Positions 9,544 to 18,470 of a stretch of 64,000 bases of DNA are shown here, piece after piece. The position numbers were made by a program, and so were the translations under genes. The first letter of the stretch is position 1. Each line of letters opens with the position of its first letter. The notes beneath the pieces were generated by a model. The model saw only the letters and a program-made list of their open reading frames with translations, did not search any database and was not told the origin of the DNA. The stretch comes from Deltaproteobacteria bacterium (GTDB lineage: Bacteria; JAMCPX01): NCBI GenBank assembly GCA_023381995.1, contig JAMCVD010000111.1, positions 545 through 64,544 on the forward strand. Reading direction: 5' to 3'.

Positions 9544-11077
9544 CTATAAATACCGCGCCCTCTCCGTGGAACGTGATGAAGGTATCGCTGCTGTAGTGCT
9601 CTTTCGATGATTGCCGTGGAATCAACTTGCCGTACCAGCCGACCAGCGAATCGAGACGGACCGAGGGAGGGGTCGCCGTGTTGACCCGCAGTTCGAGCAG
9701 GCGGCTGGATATACCGAGGAACAGGTCTGCGGTGCCCTTCATCTGCGTGACATTTATGCTTTTGTCTGCACTGAGCTCGACCCTCCCGTTCTCCCATTCA
9801 AGGTCGCCCTGAAATGCCATCAGCCGCTCATCGTTCAGGAACATCGCCTCGTTTCTGAGATTGAACGGCTTCAGCAGCTTAAAGTCGCATTTTATGAGGA
9901 GTCCGCCCTTGCCGTACACAAGTATTACGGGATTGTCTTTTTTGTCTGCGAAGATGGACTTCGTGTCCTTCCCCCGGTATCTCTTGTACGCCTGCTCGAT
10001 TGTCAGTCCTTCCCCGATCGATACCACGCTCTTGTTCCTGACATAGATGAGATTGCCGTCCAGATTAAAAAACAGCGTCGAGTCGTCTATGAAGTTGACC
10101 GGCGCTGTGAACCTCGAGAGGGACGCTTCCTCCGAGAGAGAAGCGAGTCCTTTGCCATTCTGCTGTCCCGGCTTTTCGTCGCTTTTTTCTTCGTGCGCGC
10201 GCCCGTCTTCGGGAGCGGCTTTCTCTTTTTCGGGCCCCCTGTCAGGGAACGATATCGCTGACTCGACGGACGACTGTGGCTGCTCTCGATGCTCCGGAGG
10301 CCGTTCTTTATCGCCTTTCTCCTCTTCGATGAACAGCTCCTGCTCGTCTATTGCAGATGGCCCCCTCTCTGCCTCGACTATATCTTCCTCAGGATACGGG
10401 GGGGCGTCGGACATACTATCTGGCTGCTGTCCCTCGCTGTTCCCGCGTGCCGGAGCTCCTCTGTCCTGGGCGGAAGCTTCGGAAACGATGGACTGCCCGG
10501 AGCCGTTTTCCTGTTCGCGTTCGGCTCCCTCGTGTCGCTGTGAAGAGGCGTGGTCCCCGTCGGTCGGCTCATACACGACATCTTCCTCCGGCGCAGCGGC
10601 TTCTTCCCGTCCGTGCTTTTTGATCTTCTCGGCATACTCTTTCATGCCCGCCCGTGTAAACGCATCGAACGCCTCGTCCGCTCTGTCCGTTTTCAGCAGG
10701 GCCTTGCCGTACAGTTTGAGGACGGTCTTGTTCCCCGGCTCTTTCTGGAGGACGGAGGAAAATTCTTTTACGGCATCGCCGGCCTGGTTGTTTTTGAGGT
10801 ATGCAACACCGAGGTTCGTTTTTAGCAGTGCAGTGTTCGGATACCGTGCGATGAGGTCCTCGTATATCTTTATGGCCTTGTCGTACTGCTCCAGTTTCAG
10901 CATGACTATCGCCAGGAGGTTGAGAGCCCTGTCGTCCGTGGGCTTTGCATCGAGTACCCTTTCTATCTCGTCTTTGGCGTCCACGTAATTCTCTTCCGCT
11001 ATGCACTTCTTTGCATTTTCCAGCGAGTTGTCGGACGTACTGTTGCTGCTATGGGTAAGGTGTTTGATTTTTGCCAT
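9536..11077 (-). CDS. TPR-repeat protein with acidic disordered linker and C-terminal AIM24/DUF124-like domain
   Basis: N-terminal TPRs (ALNLLAIVMLKLEQYDKAIKIYEDL...), a linker of about 170 aa rich in E, P and S, and a beta-rich C-terminus resembling AIM24. Start set at MAKIKHL (ATG 11077, TAATG overlap with the upstream stop, SD GGAGAGG) rather than the track start at 11140. Confidence 0.6.
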   Translation of the reverse strand: MAKIKHLTHSSNSTSDNSLENAKKCIAEENYVDAKDEIERVLDAKPTDDRALNLLAIVMLKLEQYDKAIKIYEDLIARYPNTALLKTNLGVAYLKNNQAGDAVKEFSSVLQKEPGNKTVLKLYGKALLKTDRADEAFDAFTRAGMKEYAEKIKKHGREEAAAPEEDVVYEPTDGDHASSQRHEGAEREQENGSGQSIVSEASAQDRGAPARGNSEGQQPDSMSDAPPYPEEDIVEAERGPSAIDEQELFIEEEKGDKERPPEHREQPQSSVESAISFPDRGPEKEKAAPEDGRAHEEKSDEKPGQQNGKGLASLSEEASLSRFTAPVNFIDDSTLFFNLDGNLIYVRNKSVVSIGEGLTIEQAYKRYRGKDTKSIFADKKDNPVILVYGKGGLLIKCDFKLLKPFNLRNEAMFLNDERLMAFQGDLEWENGRVELSADKSINVTQMKGTADLFLGISSRLLELRVNTATPPSVRLDSLVGWYGKLIPRQSSKEHYSSDTFITFHGEGAVFIDA

Positions 11078-11661
11078 TATTGCCTCTCCGTATATCCTTT
11101 CATTTTCCAGAATGCTTTCAGTACCCGTGCTACGTACCACTGTGTCTCGGGATAGGGCGGTATGCCGTTGTATTTTATGACCGCCTTTTCCCCGGCGTTG
11201 TACGCCGCAATGGCCTTGATGTAGTTGCCGTTGAAGAAGTCGTAGAGATATTTAAAGTATCTCACGCCCGCCTCTATGTTCTTCCCGGGCGTATAGAGGT
11301 TGGACACATTCCTGACCCTTGCCGTGGAGGGGAGAAGCTGCATCAGGCCCACGGCGCCAGCCGACGATACCGCATACGGCATGAAATCGCTCTCGACCTT
11401 GATCATGGCCATGATAAGCGTCGGGTCCATGCCATACTTGCGTGCGACGATGCTTACCCTCTTTTTGAGCGCGGCCTCTGGCAGTTGGGAGTGATCGTAA
11501 GAGCCGTAGTCCCTCCATATCAGCCTGTATCTGCGGGATGTGGGGACGTTTGTAAAATGGACCACGTTGTTGCCGTCTACGTAGGTGTAGATGTCCGCCC
11601 CTGCCGGCGGCAAATAAAGCATGCTCAATACAAGTATTGTGAAAATAGTCGTTCTTAGCAC
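11077..11661 (-). CDS. Lytic transglycosylase (SLT domain), secreted
   Basis: Signal peptide, then SLT catalytic block IMAMIKVESDF...GAVGLMQLLPSTA...AYNAG. Confidence 0.85.
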   Translation of the reverse strand: MLRTTIFTILVLSMLYLPPAGADIYTYVDGNNVVHFTNVPTSRRYRLIWRDYGSYDHSQLPEAALKKRVSIVARKYGMDPTLIMAMIKVESDFMPYAVSSAGAVGLMQLLPSTARVRNVSNLYTPGKNIEAGVRYFKYLYDFFNGNYIKAIAAYNAGEKAVIKYNGIPPYPETQWYVARVLKAFWKMKGYTERQ

Positions 11662-11669
11662 CCTGCCTC

Positions 11670-12860
11670 CTAACTCGTATAGGTCGAGTTGATGCGGATA
11701 TAGTCATAGGTGAGATCGCACGTCATGACGTTGAACGACCTGTTCCCGGCCCCGAGATCGACCGTAAGCTGTATGGTCCTGTTCTTCATGGAGTTCCTCA
11801 CTTTGAGGAGCGACTCATTGTCGATGCCCTTGCCGGAGCTGAAGACGGGCTGTTTGCCGATCCATATCTTCAGTCCCGTTTCGCTCGCGTACGAGCACGC
11901 GGCCCCGACCGTAGCCACGATGCGCCCCCAGTTGGGGTCCTCTCCGAAAAATGCGGTCTTTATCAGCGGCGAGTTTGCGAGCTTGAACGAGACCCTTCTC
12001 GCGTCCTCTTCGTTCCTGGCACCCGTGACGTTGATCTCTATCACCTTGTTGGCGCCCTCGCCGTCTTTGACCATCTTTTCCGCAAGCTCCCTGGTGAGAT
12101 CGATAAACGCCTGCTCGAATGCGGCGTAGTGCCTGCCTTCGTCCGTGATGGTATCGTTTTCAGCGAGCCCGTTTGCCATTACCAGCACGGTGTCGTTCGT
12201 ACTCATTTCTCCGTCTATCGTAATCCTGTTGAACGATGCCTCCGCGGCGCCGAGGAGCGCCTTTTTCAGCGCCCCCTGTGTTATGTTCGCATCGGAGGTA
12301 AAGAAACCGAGCATCGTCGCAAGGTGTGGCTGTATCATCCCCGAGCCCTTTACAAACCCGGTGAGTATCGTCTCCTTGCTGCCGATCTTCAATCTGCGGG
12401 ACCCGTATTTTGGCACTGTATCCGTCGTCATTATCGCCTTTACGGCGTCCATAAAGCCCTGCCGTGACAGATCGTTCTTCAGCGCGGTTATCTGGGATAC
12501 GACCTTTTCGACGGGCAGCCTCCTGCCTATAATGCCCGTCGAGGCAACGAGGATCTCTTCCTGCCTTATATCGAACCCTTTTGCATAGGCACTGATGATC
12601 TCGTTGACGTCCTTTACACCGTCCTTCGCGGTCGCTGCATTGGCAATACCGCTGTTCGCGATGATCATCCTTTTCCTGCCCTTCCTGAGCTGTTCCATGG
12701 AGACGGTGACCGGTGCTGCTTTGATGGCATTGGTCGTGAACAGCCCCGCCGCAATCGAGGGCACCTCCGAGTATACGACGGCCACGTCCTTTTTACCGTC
12801 GTTCTTGAGCCCTGCTGAGCTTCCCGCATACAGAAAGCCTTTGGGTAGTGATAGTGCCAT
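11670..12860 (-). CDS. argJ: Bifunctional ornithine acetyltransferase / N-acetylglutamate synthase
   Basis: GFLYAGSSAGLK...; autoproteolysis site context ATMLGFFTSDA; 396 aa. Confidence 0.95.
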   Translation of the reverse strand: MALSLPKGFLYAGSSAGLKNDGKKDVAVVYSEVPSIAAGLFTTNAIKAAPVTVSMEQLRKGRKRMIIANSGIANAATAKDGVKDVNEIISAYAKGFDIRQEEILVASTGIIGRRLPVEKVVSQITALKNDLSRQGFMDAVKAIMTTDTVPKYGSRRLKIGSKETILTGFVKGSGMIQPHLATMLGFFTSDANITQGALKKALLGAAEASFNRITIDGEMSTNDTVLVMANGLAENDTITDEGRHYAAFEQAFIDLTRELAEKMVKDGEGANKVIEINVTGARNEEDARRVSFKLANSPLIKTAFFGEDPNWGRIVATVGAACSYASETGLKIWIGKQPVFSSGKGIDNESLLKVRNSMKNRTIQLTVDLGAGNRSFNVMTCDLTYDYIRINSTYTS

Positions 12861-12862
12861 GT

Positions 12863-13321
12863 TTATTCTTCCTTAAAGACCACGCACGTATTTTTTAAAT
12901 AAGGCATAACCTTTTCCAACCGCTCCTCCTCACTGAGTTCTTTCCGTTTTTCGAAGGTACCATAGCCCGCTCTTACCCCTATTAGCATAGATGCGGCGAA
13001 TCTCATAGCGTTTTGTAGGATCTCTACGACGTGGATGCAGCCGTGTGTATGACCTATCGCGTCCGCTATCTTCTTGTTTACGCCGCGCTCGATCTTGAAT
13101 CCGATGATCGTACGTATGGTGTCCTTGGCCTTCGAGCACTGCTCGTAGGGGGCGCGCATCATCTTTACGTCCGCATCCACTATCTTCTCCGTCGCAAGAT
13201 CGAGCTTCACCTCTGTCGTTATGCTGTGGTTGAGATCGAGCAGTGATGCGGTGAGCAGGACGGTATTGCTATCTATCGGGAGAAGCCTGATGTTTATGTT
13301 CCTCTCGTACACGTCATACAT
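12863..13321 (-). CDS. DUF2889-like protein
   Basis: 152 aa; the HTHGCIHVVEIL block resembles the GCTHL motif of DUF2889. Recognised from memory only. Confidence 0.5.
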   Translation of the reverse strand: MYDVYERNINIRLLPIDSNTVLLTASLLDLNHSITTEVKLDLATEKIVDADVKMMRAPYEQCSKAKDTIRTIIGFKIERGVNKKIADAIGHTHGCIHVVEILQNAMRFAASMLIGVRAGYGTFEKRKELSEEERLEKVMPYLKNTCVVFKEE

Positions 13322-13874
13322 TGTCGTACACGCCGTCCGCCGGAACGTACCAGAAGTCGCCCATATCTCCGTTCCTCTGCTCCTTGAATTGAATCTTTAC
13401 CTTCATACCGACCTTCGCCATTTTTATGTCCTTTAAAAATATGTTCTGCATGATCAGCGTGTCCGCCCCCTCCACCTTTACGAATGCGCACACGTAGGGG
13501 ACCCTGTCGTAGAAGGTGGAGGTCCCGTAGTAGACGACCGTGTACGTTACGACCTCTGCCGTCTCGCCCAACTCTACCCACTCTGTAGGCGCATAGCATT
13601 CGTTGCAGTTTATGCGCGGAGGCAGCCATACCTTGCCGCAGTGCGTGCATTTCGAACCGTACAGCCTCCTGTTGTCCCTGAGCTCCCTGAAAAACCTCGA
13701 TATGCCGCCGTAGCTGTACTTGTACGTTATATCCATGATGTCCGGGATTTCAAGGGGCGCGTCCATGGCCGGGGTCCCGTCGATCTCGTCTTTGAATGCC
13801 TTGGCAATGAGCTCCTGTGGTACCTTGATCTTTTGAGAGGCATGCTCAAGCCATTTTTCCCTGTCCTTAATCAT
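13314..13874 (-). CDS. Zn-ribbon / OB-fold DUF35 protein (thiolase partner)
   Basis: C-x2-C...C-x2-C ribbon (CTHCGKVWLPPRINCNEC) followed by an OB-fold region. ATG 13874 is preceded by AGGAG; the track start at 13997 is an extension. Confidence 0.8.
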   Translation of the reverse strand: MIKDREKWLEHASQKIKVPQELIAKAFKDEIDGTPAMDAPLEIPDIMDITYKYSYGGISRFFRELRDNRRLYGSKCTHCGKVWLPPRINCNECYAPTEWVELGETAEVVTYTVVYYGTSTFYDRVPYVCAFVKVEGADTLIMQNIFLKDIKMAKVGMKVKIQFKEQRNGDMGDFWYVPADGVYDNV

Positions 13875-13920
13875 CGTCGCTCCTTTGATTTTACTTTGCG
13901 GGACGTCGTGCAATACCTGC

Positions 13921-15174
13921 CTACGGCCCCTTTCGTCTCCTGCCCGATGCGATCCGTTTTTTTGTTCCCGCCCCCGTCTTCTCGATCCTCTGCACAATCA
14001 GGGCGGCCGTCCATGCCGTTGCGGGCCCTCCTATACTCTGTACGAGGCCTGTTCTTGCATTTTTGACCTGCCTTTTCCCGGCCCTTCCCTGCACCTGCAA
14101 TGCCGCCTCTCCCGTCTGCATGACCCCCGTCGCGCCGACGGCATGCCCGCAGCCAATCAGGCCGCCGCTCGGATTGACAGGCAGGGCGCCCGTCATCTCG
14201 ACCACGCCGTCCTCTATCAATCTACCGCCCTGTCCGGGCCCGCAGAGGTCGAACGCCTCGTACGAGAGTATCTCTGCGCCGGTAAACGCATCGTGCAGCT
14301 CTGCGAAATCGAGCTCCCTGGCAGGGCTCTTTATGCTCGCCATTCTGTACGCGTCCCTCCCTGCATGCAGGCTCGACGTAAAGACCGTTATGTCGTCCCT
14401 TTCTCCGGCAAAGGCCTTGTCCAGAGAAAGGCCCACACCCGTTATCCATGCAGGATTGTCCGATAATGAACGTGCCACCCTTTCCGATGCAAGGACGACA
14501 GCGGACGCGCCCTCGGAGTACAGGCAGTTATCGTAGAATTTAAAGGGGTATGTGATCATCTTCGAGCCGAGCACGTCGTCCACGCTCAGCAGCTTCGGGC
14601 TCTGGGCGTTCGGGTTGTTCATGGCGTTCTTGTGGTTTTTTACGGCCACCATTGCCATCTGTTTCTCCGTAGGAGAGCCGTACCTGTCTATGTGCGCTAT
14701 CAGCGGCAGGGCGTACGATGCGGCCGCGGTCAGGCCCGAGGGGTTTTCGAACGTCATGTCTCCGGAAAACAGGATCGCCTTGAGCGTCTCGGGCGTGGAG
14801 TGCCCCACGGCGTAATTATAGTTGTCCGTTGCCTTCTCGACGCCGAGCACCATGACGATATCGTACAGGCCCGAGGCGATCCATGTCCACCCCACAAAGA
14901 CGGCAGCACCTCCCGTCGCACCTCCCGTCGCGACCCTCACCGATGGCTTGAGCCCCATGCCTATATAATTGTGGATATAGACGTCCGGCATGAACTGTCT
15001 TTCGAAAAGCTCGTTGTAGATGCCATACACCACGCCGCCGACCTCTTTTCTGTCGATGCCCGCGTCCTCGAGCGCGAGCTTGGCCGCGTCATAGGCGAGC
15101 TCGTAGTATGTCTTTTCTATCCATCGTGCCCTGAACGGCGTTGTCCCGAACCCTACGATAGCAACTTTATCCAT
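13921..15174 (-). CDS. Thiolase-like (SCP-x / nonspecific lipid-transfer type) protein
   Basis: MDKVAIVGFGTTPF...; thiolase fold with a C-terminal GGLIGCGHAVGATG block. Start at 15174 (SD GGGAGGA upstream). Confidence 0.85.
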   Translation of the reverse strand: MDKVAIVGFGTTPFRARWIEKTYYELAYDAAKLALEDAGIDRKEVGGVVYGIYNELFERQFMPDVYIHNYIGMGLKPSVRVATGGATGGAAVFVGWTWIASGLYDIVMVLGVEKATDNYNYAVGHSTPETLKAILFSGDMTFENPSGLTAAASYALPLIAHIDRYGSPTEKQMAMVAVKNHKNAMNNPNAQSPKLLSVDDVLGSKMITYPFKFYDNCLYSEGASAVVLASERVARSLSDNPAWITGVGLSLDKAFAGERDDITVFTSSLHAGRDAYRMASIKSPARELDFAELHDAFTGAEILSYEAFDLCGPGQGGRLIEDGVVEMTGALPVNPSGGLIGCGHAVGATGVMQTGEAALQVQGRAGKRQVKNARTGLVQSIGGPATAWTAALIVQRIEKTGAGTKKRIASGRRRKGP

Positions 15175-15242
15175 GTCCTGCCCCATTCCTCCCGAAGTTC
15201 CCAGTATAGCATATTCGTGCATTTAATCAATATCGAATGTCT

Positions 15243-16763
15243 TTAGCGTTTCGGGGCACCGATAAATGCCTTTTCGATGCCGATATATCCACCTCCGGGA
15301 AAGGGCTCGAAGCCGTGGACCCTGTCCCTCAAAGCGGTCACGTCGTTCATGTACCAGAGGCTGATGTATGGCAGGTCCCCGGCGATCAAGCTCTGGACGC
15401 GTCTGTAGAGGGGCGCCGAGTCGTTTATATTCAGCAGCTCCATTGCACGTCCGATGAGCCGATCGACCTCCGGGTTTGAATAGTACCCCCTGTTTGCCCC
15501 GTACGGCGGTACGGCCTTCGAATCGAATGCGTAGTAAAATATGCTCGGGTCCATCACATTGACCCATCGTAGCGTGTACATCTGGAAATTGCCGTGGCGT
15601 ATATCGTTGTAAAAAGTCGCCCATTCATACGACCTCAGGTCTACCTTTATGCCCACCTGCCCGAGCTCATAGGCGATTGCCTGCGCCACCCTCATGGACA
15701 GGGGGTTGTTCGACGTCTTGTAATCGAGGACAAACCTGTAGCCGTCCTTTTCGGGAAAGCCCGCCTGATCGAGCAGCCGTTTCGCCCTTGAGGGGTCATA
15801 GGTATACTGCCGCAGGTCAGGATTGTACGCTGTGTTCCACGGAGGCAGGATGCCCGCGGCAGGTTCTGCCTGGCCGAACAGCACATAGCGTATGATCCCC
15901 GGCCTGTCGATGGCGTACGCTATTGCCTGCCTTACCTCTTTGATGCGGAGTATGGGGTCTTTCATATTGAAGCCGATGTATTCGTAGTTGTTTCCGGGAC
16001 CTATGATGAACTTTATGTGCCTGTCGTGCTCGAGGCTTTCTATAGAGTCCGGGGGCACTGCATTGACAAGCATGTCTATGCTGCCCTTCTCGAGCTCGAG
16101 CACGCGCATAAGGTCATCGGGTATGACCCTGAATACGACATGCTTTATCCCCGGTGGCCCCCGCCAGTAGCCGTCGTACGCATCGAGCCTGACGTACCTT
16201 GCCTGTCTGTACGCGGTGAGGACGTAAGGGCCTGTACCCGTAAGGGCATCTGGGGGTATGTTTTCTCTGTACGCGAGCCTGTGTGGCAGTATGCCCACGG
16301 TAAACGCGGTGAGTATCGGCGCATAGGGGCCTTTCAGGTGTACGATAAGGCTGAACGGACCCGGGACCGAGATATATTTTATATGTGACAGGGCGTCTTT
16401 ATAGGGGGAATAGGTCCCGGACTTTATGATGCCCTCTATCGTCGAGAGCACGTCCTGGGCTGTAAAGGGCGAGCCGTCCTGGAACTTGATGCCCTTTTTC
16501 AGGGTAATCAGGACCGTCGTATTGTCTTTGACTACGACGTCTTCGGCGAGCAGCGGGGCGAGTATGCCGTCCCTTTTGTATCTCATCAGGCCCTCGAAAC
16601 ACAACCGTGCTATCTGCCCGGAGTATGCATCGGTGGCATACCTCGGATCGAGGTTTGCAGGGCTGCCCTCTATGCCTATAACAAGCGTGGACGTCGCGGG
16701 CGGGTGTTTATTGCAGGATAGGAGGGACAGGGCCACGACCAGCACCGTGAATACTTTTTTCAT
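15243..16763 (-). CDS. ABC transporter substrate-binding lipoprotein, family 5 (peptide/nickel type)
   Basis: Lipobox LSLLSC; SBP_bac_5-like sequence over the full length (506 aa). Confidence 0.85.
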   Translation of the reverse strand: MKKVFTVLVVALSLLSCNKHPPATSTLVIGIEGSPANLDPRYATDAYSGQIARLCFEGLMRYKRDGILAPLLAEDVVVKDNTTVLITLKKGIKFQDGSPFTAQDVLSTIEGIIKSGTYSPYKDALSHIKYISVPGPFSLIVHLKGPYAPILTAFTVGILPHRLAYRENIPPDALTGTGPYVLTAYRQARYVRLDAYDGYWRGPPGIKHVVFRVIPDDLMRVLELEKGSIDMLVNAVPPDSIESLEHDRHIKFIIGPGNNYEYIGFNMKDPILRIKEVRQAIAYAIDRPGIIRYVLFGQAEPAAGILPPWNTAYNPDLRQYTYDPSRAKRLLDQAGFPEKDGYRFVLDYKTSNNPLSMRVAQAIAYELGQVGIKVDLRSYEWATFYNDIRHGNFQMYTLRWVNVMDPSIFYYAFDSKAVPPYGANRGYYSNPEVDRLIGRAMELLNINDSAPLYRRVQSLIAGDLPYISLWYMNDVTALRDRVHGFEPFPGGGYIGIEKAFIGAPKR

Positions 16764-16769
16764 GCTTGA

Positions 16770-16860
16770 ATTTTATAATGGCCTGTGATATATGTCAAAC
16801 CCCCGGGAAATGGGTATCTGTAGGGGAATGTTTGACATATTTTGACGGGTTCTTAATAAT
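16770..16860. promoter_or_regulatory. Divergent promoter pair embedded in an 11-bp perfect inverted repeat
   Basis: ATATGTCAAAC (16790-16800) and GTTTGACATAT (16830-16840). Each arm supplies a TTGACA -35. Plus strand: 17-nt spacer then AATAAT (16855-16860). Minus strand: 17-nt spacer then TAAAAT (16775-16770), 6 nt before the ATG at 16763. Confidence 0.35.
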
Positions 16861-16880
16861 AAGAACGAGGAGGAGATGGT

Positions 16881-17252
16881 ATGAAGCAAAAGGCGACAGA
16901 TTTTTTTGAGAGTGTGTCGTTGAGCGAGATAGCGGGCAAGCTGCTCTCGTCAAAGAGGATACAGCCTGTATTGAACAGGAGTTTCGAGCAGATGATGAAA
17001 TTCAAGTCAAGGCTCGATGCCGTCATGCCTATGGCGCTCGGCCTGCTGAATATGCCTTCCGTGGAAGACATCAAGAGGCTCAATAACGAAGTCATCAGGC
17101 TCGGTTCCATGCTCGCGGAGATGTCGCAGAAGTTCGAGCCCCCCAAGAGGGTCAGGAAAAGGAGGAGAGCGAGGAAGGCAAGGCAGTCCGTTCATGCGTC
17201 TCAGAAAGGGTCTCAGGACACTGCTCCGGCACAGGACATCAAGAGCGTTTGA
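16881..17252 (+). CDS. Small coiled-coil protein, phasin / PHA-granule-associated-like; basic C-terminus
   Basis: SD GAGGAGGAG upstream. The LLNMPSVEDIKRLNNEV motif resembles the LN(I/L)PT..DV..L motif of phasin/PhaE-type proteins. Weak call. Confidence 0.35.
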   Translation: MKQKATDFFESVSLSEIAGKLLSSKRIQPVLNRSFEQMMKFKSRLDAVMPMALGLLNMPSVEDIKRLNNEVIRLGSMLAEMSQKFEPPKRVRKRRRARKARQSVHASQKGSQDTAPAQDIKSV

Positions 17253-17335
17253 GCCGGAGGGGACGGGGCCGACACGACGGGACGTCCCGCCCTACCAGCG
17301 GGACGAAGCGAATGGGACTGCGGCGAGCTTCCTGC

Positions 17336-18394
17336 TCAGCCGACCAGCTTTAAGAAAGAATCTTTTACGGTCCTGAATTGTCTCTTTATCTTGTCGGATG
17401 CCGAGCGCGACATTTCTTTCTTCAGCACTATTTCTCCCAGTATCTGCTTTAGCTGGGGGATCTTCTTCCATGTCGCAATGGCGCCTGCCGCAATGAACTC
17501 GGACCTGTTCTTTTTGGGCAGGTAGCCCGGGTTGCTCGAATAGAAATCGCCGACGTCCGGCACAATCTGTACGTCCGCATCGGTGCCCCATTTCTGCACC
17601 TGAAAGTTCTTGCCGAATATCGCCAGGGTACGCAGCAGGGTCTTGATCGGCTTCTTCTCCATGTTCTTGATGTCCCTGGTGAGATATTCGAGTCCCCTGC
17701 CGCCCGTTACGATGAACTGCTTGGTAAGGCTTTTCGAAGTCAATAGCTTCAAGAGACGTGATACAGAGAGGCCGGAGCCATAGAGGAACTCGTTGTATAT
17801 GTTCACTATGGAGACTATGACCACGTCGGCGCCCTTGCTTTTCAGCCAGTCGACCGGCACATCGTTTCCGAACGACCCGTCCACGAGGAGCATGTTGCCG
17901 ACCTTGGCTGGCTTCCATGCACCCGGCACCGCACAGGAGGCGTATATCGCATCCCTGAGGTATCCTTCGTTTATGTAGACCGTCTTGCCGGAGACGATGT
18001 CCAGCGCCGTAATCTCCAGGGGAATCTTCACGTCGTCGAAGGTAGCGTTCCCGAAAAGTGCCTTCAGCCATCCTTTGAAGAACGACGAGTCGAAGAACTC
18101 GTCGTTCTTTCCTTTCTTGATTTTGAATATGGACCTGTTCTTTAGTGTCTTTTCGAAGACAGACCAGCTCGAAAGGTAGCCATAGAGCGCATAAAGCCCT
18201 GCCACTATTGAGCCTGCACTGCTGCCCGCTATAAGATCGATGGGGATAAACTCGTTGTACAGGACACGGAGGACACCGACATGGGCAAGCCCCCTTATCG
18301 CTCCGCCGCTCAGGCATACTCCTATCTTTAAGGGGGTTCTTGGTCTTCTGTTATACTCTACTATCATCTTCTCCAAGGGTTTTTTATCTTCCAT
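17336..18394 (-). CDS. Patatin-like phospholipase
   Basis: GGAIRG oxyanion motif, GSSAG nucleophile elbow, DGSFGN catalytic Asp. Confidence 0.9.
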   Translation of the reverse strand: MEDKKPLEKMIVEYNRRPRTPLKIGVCLSGGAIRGLAHVGVLRVLYNEFIPIDLIAGSSAGSIVAGLYALYGYLSSWSVFEKTLKNRSIFKIKKGKNDEFFDSSFFKGWLKALFGNATFDDVKIPLEITALDIVSGKTVYINEGYLRDAIYASCAVPGAWKPAKVGNMLLVDGSFGNDVPVDWLKSKGADVVIVSIVNIYNEFLYGSGLSVSRLLKLLTSKSLTKQFIVTGGRGLEYLTRDIKNMEKKPIKTLLRTLAIFGKNFQVQKWGTDADVQIVPDVGDFYSSNPGYLPKKNRSEFIAAGAIATWKKIPQLKQILGEIVLKKEMSRSASDKIKRQFRTVKDSFLKLVG

Positions 18395-18470
18395 TAGGAG
18401 CCTCCCTTGGTACTATATACATTGCCCGGAGATCAAATAGCAACAGATTTTTGATTTTTCATTCAATGGT

